Below, in pieces: positions 56,361-64,000 of a stretch of 64,000 bases of DNA (positions are counted from its first letter, which is position 1; every line of letters starts with the position of its first letter). The notes under the pieces are model-generated. The model saw nothing but the letters and a program-made list of their open reading frames with translations, was not told where the DNA came from and searched no databases. The DNA is taken from assembly GCA_020184695.1 (NCBI GenBank), contig JAANOX010000244.1:1-64000 (forward strand), in the 5' to 3' direction. The stretch is from Histomonas meleagridis 2922-C6/04-290x (lineage: Eukaryota; Protista; Parabasalia). A program made the position numbers and the translations under genes.

Positions 56361-59300
56361 TTGTCATTTGTTTTGAGTAATCAAACAGAAGGAGGAATCG
56401 ACGAAGAACTTTATAGCCGTCAAATCTATGTGTTGGGACTTGATGCAATGAAAAGGATGGCCAATTCAAATATCTTAATTTCTGGTATGGGAGGACTAGG
56501 TGTTGAAATTGCAAAAAATGTAATCCTTGCTGGTGTTAAATCAGTTACAGTTAATGACACAAAAGGAGTCGAAATGATTGACTTAGGATCACAGTTTTAC
56601 TTAAAGGAATCAGATATTGGAAAAAATCGAGCAGAATGTTCTCTTCCTCAACTAATTGAATTAAACCCATACGTTTCAGTTGCAGCATCTCAAGAAGAAG
56701 ATATCATGAAAATAGCCAAAAACTTTAATACAATAGTAGTTACAGAACCTCTTTCAGAAAAAAGATTAATCGAGCTTTCTGAATTTTGCCACAGTAACGG
56801 TATCTGTTTCATATCGACAGAGGCACGTGGCGTTTTTGGTTATGTTTTCGACGATTTTGGTGATTCATTTATTGTAAATGATCCACGTGGAGAAACTCCA
56901 TCTCGATTCCTCATTGAATTTGTTACCAACGCCAAAGAAGCAGTTGTTACATGTGCTGAACAAGCACATCATAATTTAACTGATGGAGACTTTGTCAGAT
57001 TTGAAGAAGTTTCTGGAATGACAGAGCTTAATGGAAACTCATACGAAGTCTCAGTCATTAATTCATACAAATTCTCAATCAAATGTGATACAACAAATTA
57101 TCATCCATATGAAATTATTGGTAGTGGAGGTTATGGAAATCAAATCATTTCACCACAGACCCTCAAATTCAAGACATTCTCTGATAATCTTAAAGATCCT
57201 CAAATTCTTGATCTTGATTATTGTAATTTTGGACGTGATCGACAAGTTCTTCTTGCCTTTAATTCTGTTCATCGTTGGATGGATAGTAATCCAAACAAAT
57301 TACCAACAGAATCTGATATTGATTCTGTTCTCAAGATATCAAATGAAATTAACACTGAATCAAAAATTGTTGACAAAATCGATGAAGAACTTATTAAGCT
57401 TCTTGTTAAAGAATATAAAGCCGAGATTTCACCAATGGCAGCTATATTTGGAGGTATTGTTGGCCAGGAAGTACTCAAATCGATATCTGGCAAGTTCCTT
57501 CCTATTCAACAAATTATGACACTCAGTTACATTGAATCTCTTCCTGACAGTGTCAAATGTCAATTGAAAGGCGACCGTTACGATGCCTATCGTATCGTTT
57601 TTGGTAATGAGCAGCAAGATAAAATGGAACAACTTCGTTATTTCATGATTGGTGCTGGAGCTATTGGTTGTGAAGTCCTTAAGAATTGGGCACTCATGGG
57701 AGTTGGATGTTCTGGACATGGTAAAGTTATTGTTACTGATATGGATCGAATTGAAAAATCGAATCTCGCAAGGCAATTTTTATTCCGCTCCAAAGACATT
57801 GGAAAAATGAAGTCAGAAGTTGCATGTGAAGCTGCATCAAAAATGAATACATCACTTAAAGCTGAGGCATTAACCAAATGCCTTGAGCCTGAATCACGTG
57901 ACTATTTCTCTGATGAGTTCTATGATAATTTGGATGGTGTTTGTAATGCACTTGATAATGTCAAAGCTCGTCTTTATTCGGATTCACTTTGCGTTTACTA
58001 TAAGAAACCTCTTTTAGAAAGTGGTACACTTGGTCCTAAAGCTAGTTTCCAAGTAGTTGTACCACATCTTACTGAGTCATATCAATCAAGTGCAGATCCT
58101 CCAGAAGAAAACATCCCAGCTTGTACCCTCCATAACTTCCCATCAATCATGGACCATTGTTGTCTTTGGGGCCGTGATGTTTTTTCTGGATTGTTTGAAA
58201 CATCTCCTGAAATTGCCCAAAAATACATTGATAACCCTGATTTCATCGAACAAACACGTAAGCAAGGCAACTTAGCACTTCTTGATTCTCTTAGTTCTGC
58301 TTATTCAGTCTTATCAAACATCCCAAAGTCGTTTGAGGACTGTGCTCATTGGGCCCGTTTAAAGTTTGAAGAGTTATTCAATTTCAAAATCAGAGATTTA
58401 CTTCATTTGTACCCTAAGGACCATCTAACGGCCGCCGGCATTCAATTCTGGAGCGGTTCTAAACGTGCTCCTGACCCATTAGAGTTTGATAGTACCAATC
58501 CATATCATTCCGAATTTATTATATCTGCCTCCATTCTTTATGCACATATCTTTGGCATCACTCCAGGGACTAATGAAGACGCCTTAAAATATGCAAATGA
58601 GACGATTGTTCCTGAATGGAAACCTACTGACAAAGAAATTCCTAAGAATGAAAACGAAGCAGAAGAGAAGAAAGAAGTTAATGACAATGATCCACGCATC
58701 ATTGAACTGATCACATTATTACAAAAAATTGACACCAAAGGAATCCAATTACATCCCGAAAAGTTTGAGAAAGATGATGAAACCAATCATCATATGGACT
58801 TCATTGCATCAGCCTCCAATTTACGTGCCTTAAACTACAAGATCAAGACTAACACCAAATTAGAGATCAAGCGAATAGCCGGAAAGATCATTCCAGCCAT
58901 AGCTACGACCACTGCATTAGTGTGCGGCTTCATCTGCATGGAGATGTACAAGGTCCACAACATATCCGCGAAGAAACTGAGCGACTTCAGGTCCGGTTTC
59001 ATTAACTTAGCCATCTCAATGTTCTCGTTAAGTGAACCGATCTCGTCGCCGATGAAAAAGTTCGGCCAAACGGGTATAGAGTTTTCGCCTCTGTGGGACA
59101 CGTTGGATATAAGCGGAGATATAACTATCCAAACATTCATTAACAAAGTGAAGGCGGATTGGGGAGTAAGAGTAATGACTATGACAATCGGTAAGTATTT
59201 GATATACTCCTCTTTCATGTCAGCAGCGAAAAAGAAGGAAAGAATGAATAAGAAAATCACGGAGGTGTACGAGGAGGTAAACAAGAAGCCGATAATGAGC

Positions 59301-59399
59301 TCGTGCAGGAAGCTGAGGCTGGACTGCGTGTGCTACAATAACGATATGGACGAGGTGCCGTCGCCGAGCTTCATGATCTTTTTTAGAGATGAGCAATAA
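56361..59399 (+). CDS. UBA1: Ubiquitin-activating enzyme E1 (start codon uncertain)
   Basis: IDEELYSRQIYVLG, GMGGLGVEIAKN, GAGAIGCEVLKN, catalytic IPACTLHNFP, FEKDDETNHHMDFI and IIPAIATTTA. Confidence 0.96.
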   Translation: MSFVLSNQTEGGIDEELYSRQIYVLGLDAMKRMANSNILISGMGGLGVEIAKNVILAGVKSVTVNDTKGVEMIDLGSQFYLKESDIGKNRAECSLPQLIELNPYVSVAASQEEDIMKIAKNFNTIVVTEPLSEKRLIELSEFCHSNGICFISTEARGVFGYVFDDFGDSFIVNDPRGETPSRFLIEFVTNAKEAVVTCAEQAHHNLTDGDFVRFEEVSGMTELNGNSYEVSVINSYKFSIKCDTTNYHPYEIIGSGGYGNQIISPQTLKFKTFSDNLKDPQILDLDYCNFGRDRQVLLAFNSVHRWMDSNPNKLPTESDIDSVLKISNEINTESKIVDKIDEELIKLLVKEYKAEISPMAAIFGGIVGQEVLKSISGKFLPIQQIMTLSYIESLPDSVKCQLKGDRYDAYRIVFGNEQQDKMEQLRYFMIGAGAIGCEVLKNWALMGVGCSGHGKVIVTDMDRIEKSNLARQFLFRSKDIGKMKSEVACEAASKMNTSLKAEALTKCLEPESRDYFSDEFYDNLDGVCNALDNVKARLYSDSLCVYYKKPLLESGTLGPKASFQVVVPHLTESYQSSADPPEENIPACTLHNFPSIMDHCCLWGRDVFSGLFETSPEIAQKYIDNPDFIEQTRKQGNLALLDSLSSAYSVLSNIPKSFEDCAHWARLKFEELFNFKIRDLLHLYPKDHLTAAGIQFWSGSKRAPDPLEFDSTNPYHSEFIISASILYAHIFGITPGTNEDALKYANETIVPEWKPTDKEIPKNENEAEEKKEVNDNDPRIIELITLLQKIDTKGIQLHPEKFEKDDETNHHMDFIASASNLRALNYKIKTNTKLEIKRIAGKIIPAIATTTALVCGFICMEMYKVHNISAKKLSDFRSGFINLAISMFSLSEPISSPMKKFGQTGIEFSPLWDTLDISGDITIQTFINKVKADWGVRVMTMTIGKYLIYSSFMSAAKKKERMNKKITEVYEEVNKKPIMSSCRKLRLDCVCYNNDMDEVPSPSFMIFFRDEQ

Positions 59400-59420
59400 A
59401 AATTAATGAAGTAATCAGTT

Positions 59421-60462
59421 TGAAAATGTAAATAGTTGTGATATTATTAATGAAAATGTAAATAGTTGTGATATTATTAATGAAAATGTAAATAGTTGTG
59501 ATATTATTAATGAAAATGTAAATAGTTGTGATATTATTAATGAAAATGTAAATAGTTGTGATATTATTAATGAAAATGTAAATAGTTGTGAATTTATTAC
59601 TGAAAATGTAAATAGTTGTGATATTATTAATGAAAATGTAAATAGTTGTGAATTTATTACTGAAAATGTAAATAGTTGTGATATTATTAATGAAAATGTA
59701 AATAGTTGTGATATTATTAATGAAAATGTAAATAGTTGTGATATTATTAATGAAAATGTAAATAGTTGTGATATTATTAATGAAAATGTAAATAGTTGTG
59801 AATTTATTACTGAAAATGTAAATAGTTGTGATATTATTAATGAAAATGTAAATAGTTGTGATATTATTAATGAAAATGTAAATAGTTGTGAATTTATTAC
59901 TGAAAATGTAAATAGTTGTGATATTATTAATGAAAATGTAAATAGTTGTGATATTATTAATGAAAATGTAAATAGTTGTGATATTATTAATGAAAATGTA
60001 AATAGTTGTGATATTATTAATGAAAATGTAAATAGTTGTGATATTATTAATGAAAATGTAAATAGTTGTGATATTATTAATGAAAATGTAAATAGTTGTG
60101 ATATTATTAATGAAAATGTAAATAGTTGTGATATTATTAATGAAAATGTAAATAGTTGTGAATTTATTAATGAAAATGTAAATAGTTGTGATATTATTAA
60201 TGAAAATGTAAATAGTTGTGATATTATTAATGAAAATGTAAATAGTTGTGATATTATTAATGAAAATGTAAATAGTTGTGAATTTATTAATGAAAATGTA
60301 AATAGTTGTGATATTATTAATGAAAATGTAAATAGTTGTGATATTATTAATGAAAATGTAAATAGTTGTGATATTATTAATGAAAATGTAAATAGTTGTG
60401 ATATTATTAATGAAAATGTAAATAGTTGTGATATTATTAATGAAAATGTAAATAGTTGTGAT
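59421..60462. repeat. 30-bp minisatellite, about 35 copies (TGAAAATGTAAATAGTTGTGATATTATTAA)
   Basis: Near-perfect tandem array with variant units ending GAATTTATTAC or GAATTTATTAA. Confidence 0.98.
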
Positions 60463-60822
60463 TTCAGTGAATGTAGAAAATTGTTGTTAAGTTAATTATA
60501 ATAATTAAATTTGTTTATTGTTGCTGTTATAATAATGAATATATAATTAATTTTAAAATTATTATTCTTAGAGTCTACTAATATAATGAGTTATCTATCT
60601 GTTGATTTGTTCTAAAGTTTTAATAATTAGCTGTTCCTTGGAAATATATTTCTAATGAATGATAAAATAAGGGAACTCTGCTAAAATAATATTGTAGGAT
60701 ATAACATCATTTATCTTTCCATTCAGCCTGCTTCTATCCAAACTAATGCCATTTGACTTAGCATTAAATCATATTTTGAGCATTTTAAAACTTCGATTTC
60801 AACTAAATCAATAAAAAATCAT

Positions 60823-62085
60823 TTAGTTATATTGCATGTAACTTGGCGTCGCTGAGAACTTAGCGTAACCCTTTATAACCTTATTAATACTGCTCAAGAA
60901 GTCCTTTTCGGTGATTGCCTTTCTCCTTGCTCTTATTGCTATTATTCCTGCCTCTGTACAAACGCTTCTTATGTCTGCACCGGTCGCATTCGGGCACAGC
61001 CTCGCCAGCAAGTCGAAGCGGATGCCTCTTTCGACGTTCATTGACCTCGTGTGTATCTTGAAGATTTGGACGCGTCCCTCCAAGTCGGGCACCGCAAACT
61101 CTATCTTCCGGTCCAGCCGTCCCGGGCGGAGCAGCGCCGGGTCGAGCGTGTTCGGCTTGTTCGTCGCCATCAGCACTTTGACGTTGCCGCGCGAGTCGAA
61201 TCCGTCGAGTTGTGTAATCAGCTCGAGCATTGTGCGCTGCACTTCGTGTTCAGCACTGTCAGAATCGGAGAGCCGTGTGCCGCCAAATGCATCGACCTCG
61301 TCGAAAAAGATGATGCAGCTCTTCTTGGAGCGTGCCATTTGGAAGATTTCGCGGACCATTCGGGCGCCTTCGCCAATGTACTTCTGAACAAGCTCGCTTC
61401 CAATGACGCGGATGAAGACGGACTCAGTACGGTTGGCAATGGCGCGAGCTAAGAGGGTCTTGCCGGTGCCGGGTGGGCCATATAATAATACGCCTTTTGG
61501 TGGATCAATGCCTAAGGTCTCAAATTTCTCAGGATGTAATAGGGGCATCTCAATGATTTCTCGGAGTTTCTCAATTTGTTCGGAACATCCTCCGACATCA
61601 GTATATGTAACATCGGGTTTTTCTTCTACTTGCATCATGGTGACAATGGGATCAATACGAGGTTGTAAGGGAAGTTGAATTGCATAACGTCGACGATCAA
61701 CTCCAACTCGACTTCCTTCGGTGATATCAGAAGGTGCAACATTTTTGCCTAAGCCAACTACAAATTTGGCGACATGGGAGATGGATATGATGTATCTTTG
61801 CTTTTCATCATTAGGTGGAAGAGCTTTTTCACATTGAGCAACATTTAATGGTTCTTCAGTTGCAAGCATATTTCGGTCACCATCAAAATCCCACTGATTC
61901 ATAGGAGCTAATCCAGTATCGCTTTCTCTTACACCTTTAATTAGATCTACTCGTTTTGCAATATCTTGAATATCTTTTTCAGTTTCAGATATTTCGCGTG
62001 TGTAAGGTCCTTTAGAGTAAGCACCAAGAATTGCATAGTCATTTTCGTCCATGTTTTGAAGGTTTGAATCTTCTTCGTCTCCCAT
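60823..62085 (-). CDS. RPT1: 26S proteasome AAA-ATPase subunit Rpt1/PSMC2
   Basis: ATG at 62085 (MGDEE). [30 protein letters not shown] and [17 protein letters not shown]. Confidence 0.96.
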   Translation of the reverse strand: MGDEEDSNLQNMDENDYAILGAYSKGPYTREISETEKDIQDIAKRVDLIKGVRESDTGLAPMNQWDFDGDRNMLATEEPLNVAQCEKALPPNDEKQRYIISISHVAKFVVGLGKNVAPSDITEGSRVGVDRRRYAIQLPLQPRIDPIVTMMQVEEKPDVTYTDVGGCSEQIEKLREIIEMPLLHPEKFETLGIDPPKGVLLYGPPGTGKTLLARAIANRTESVFIRVIGSELVQKYIGEGARMVREIFQMARSKKSCIIFFDEVDAFGGTRLSDSDSAEHEVQRTMLELITQLDGFDSRGNVKVLMATNKPNTLDPALLRPGRLDRKIEFAVPDLEGRVQIFKIHTRSMNVERGIRFDLLARLCPNATGADIRSVCTEAGIIAIRARRKAITEKDFLSSINKVIKGYAKFSATPSYMQYN

Positions 62086-62167
62086 GTTATGTTGGCACTT
62101 TTTAAGTTGGTTTCGATAAAAAGTGACCGTTTTTGAATTGGGAGTGGCGGTTTGGCCGACCTTTTGG
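62086..62167. promoter_or_regulatory. 82-bp bidirectional promoter for RPT1 and RPL18A
   Basis: On +: M3-like GACCGTTT (62125) and GGCGGTTT (62146), and M5 CCTTT (62160-62164) just before the ribosomal-protein ATG. On -: Inr TCACT (62122-62126). Confidence 0.7.
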
Positions 62168-62695
62168 ATGCTCAAGAATTACGAGGTTATTGCTCGTCCT
62201 TTACCAACTGAAGCTGTTCCAAACCCTGCAGCAATCCGTGTTCAAGTTTTCGCTCCTGATGAGGTCATCGCAAAATCCAAATTCTGGGGTGTTGCACGCC
62301 GTATTGCTCGTCTTAAGAAATCTCATGGTGAAATCCTTGCTGTCAAACACGTAATTGAACCAGAACCAGAACGCGTTAAAAACTACGGTATTTGGTTAAC
62401 ATATCGTGCAACAAATTCAATCAATAACATTTACAAGGAATTCCGTGATACAACTACAGAAGGTGCCGTCCTCCGTCTTTACCAAGAAATGGCTGGAACA
62501 CACAATGTACAAGCAAAGAATATTTCCATCATTCGTGTAAGTGAAATTAAAAACGAAGATGTTGTTCACCATAATCTTCGTATGTTCCTGAATGATAATG
62601 TAAAGTTCCCAATCCTCAAGAGACCAATTCGTCCAGCTCATTCATCACAAAAGAAGATTCTATCTACCAAACGTCCAACAGTTTGTGGGTTCTAA
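62168..62695 (+). CDS. RPL18A: 60S ribosomal protein L18a (eL20)
   Basis: [46 protein letters not shown] and LYQEMAGTH. Confidence 0.95.
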   Translation: MLKNYEVIARPLPTEAVPNPAAIRVQVFAPDEVIAKSKFWGVARRIARLKKSHGEILAVKHVIEPEPERVKNYGIWLTYRATNSINNIYKEFRDTTTEGAVLRLYQEMAGTHNVQAKNISIIRVSEIKNEDVVHHNLRMFLNDNVKFPILKRPIRPAHSSQKKILSTKRPTVCGF

Positions 62696-63784
62696 AATAT
62701 CCAATATTTAAGTTTTTTTTGTAGAAAAATCTTTTTTTTCCAGATGAACAATACGAATGACTTTTGGTAATGATTTCTTCAAAATCGACATAATTTATTT
62801 CAACATGTTTTCAAAATCACAATCCAATGTCTCTGTTTCTGATTGCTAGAATGGGAGTTTAACACACTTTTTTCAGATAATGCTCGGTGACAATTTAACA
62901 TGCTTTTTAATGTTTGATGTCAATAAATATTATTTTTGGATTTTTATGATGTCTTAAAAACTTAAAATGATTTTAAAATTGGACAAATAACTGATAAATA
63001 AGATGTGGTTAGTATGTTTTCTTCAATTTCATTGTGCATATTTGCAAGTAGCTAAATTCTTTCTTACATGAAAATTCTCTAAGAAAATTGATTGTTTTCA
63101 AAACTATTTTCTAAATTTATTGATTAATGAAACTTTTCAATATTGCATGTGTAAAAATTTAATATTTTGATGTCTTCACTCAACACTAATTTTTTCACAA
63201 GTATTAAATTTGCTAAATTATATCTGAGTTAAATACATTTTACTTATGATTAATAATTTGAATCATGTTTACAATTTTGATTTTGTGTTTTTCATATTCA
63301 TATATTACCATACATTTATGCTTAGCATTTACATTCTATGTAACTGTTAATCATATTTAAATTCATTTATTAATAAATTGATACAATGCTTACATACGTT
63401 TTAGCAACATTTAAATTATATGAGCATAAAATTAAAATTCATTCATTTCTATTTTATTTTGATTTACAAAAACATAGACTATAATCTAATAAGTAATTAA
63501 AAATCAACGTTAACAAATTTATAACCTTCATGATAAAATATATCGAATATTAAACTTATTTATCGATCAGAATTTCGTTTACGGAACATGAAAAAAAATT
63601 TTGGAATTTATCAAACATACAATCGTAATATTTTATAATTAAATTTTTAAATTTATTTAGAAAAATTATTGTTAAAATGTAACAACTTAAAACTAATAGT
63701 ATATTTCATGAACTAAATATCAAAAACATAAAGTCTTTTTAATACAATTGAACAAAACGCATTTTATTTAATCATTTCGCATAT

Positions 63785-64000
63785 TTATTGTTTCGTTGGC
63801 CTTAAAACACAAATATTTCCTTCTTTCGTCAAAACGTAGAAATTCGATTTATTATAACAAATTGAAAGCGGCGGAGATTCCAACGCTTTTACTGTTTTCG
63901 GCAGCAAATACGAATTTATGAAAACGAATGTTAACTCTGTTGATTCCGATGATCCAATCAGCAAGACGCCTCGTGGCTTCATCGCGCATAAAGTTTTTTG
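63785..64000 (-). CDS. 3-prime end of a gene entering from beyond the window (beta-propeller-like C-terminus)
   Basis: Frame is open to the window edge: KLLCAMKPRGVLLIGSSES...NFYVLTKEGNICVLRPTKQ*. Confidence 0.45.
   Translation of the reverse strand, partial: QKTLCAMKPRGVLLIGSSESTELTFVFINSYLLPKTVKALESPPLSICYNKSNFYVLTKEGNICVLRPTKQ

Noticed and set aside
60911-61678. Several overlapping ORFs in and opposite RPT1 (and similar ones over STT3, UBA1 and BEACH)
   Set aside because: Shadow frames of real genes, favoured here by local high GC; no recognisable domains.
1-64000. tRNA, rRNA or snRNA genes
   Set aside because: No cloverleaf or conserved rRNA/snRNA motifs were recognised by eye; a covariance-model scan would be needed to exclude them.

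Overview
AT-rich, intron-poor eukaryotic DNA from a parabasalid, most like Tritrichomonas. The organism call is inferred from DUF3447-ankyrin and BspA families, TCAYW Inr / M3 / M5 promoter motifs and one intron with a GTATAT...CTAACACATAG signature. Positions 1-11.5 kb are decayed and almost ORF-free. The rest is compact, with housekeeping genes (STT3, UBA1, RPT1, RPL18A, Erv46-like, COMM-domain, HSP20, BEACH-like, CARMIL-like, Rho-like, tetraspanin-like), two BspA surface-protein copies, a TIR-bounded Mutator-like element, a 30-bp minisatellite and about eight DUF3447/ankyrin gene relics. The main observation is that ankyrin repeats in three unrelated sequence families are interrupted at exactly the conserved Gly of the D-x-x-G-x-T-A/P-L-H motif. 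The Gly codon is absent and a T-rich spacer of 31-291 nt with no consistent GT-AG ends sits in its place, leaving cassettes of 32 codons (33 where an extra Glu is present). One of these genes looks otherwise near-intact and also carries a normal spliceosomal intron, which acts as an internal control. This points to a possible unrecognised processing system (non-spliceosomal excision with Gly restoration, ribosomal bypass, or cassette recombination), but the mechanism is inference only. The assembly shows scattered 1-nt homopolymer indels, so single frameshifts should be read cautiously.
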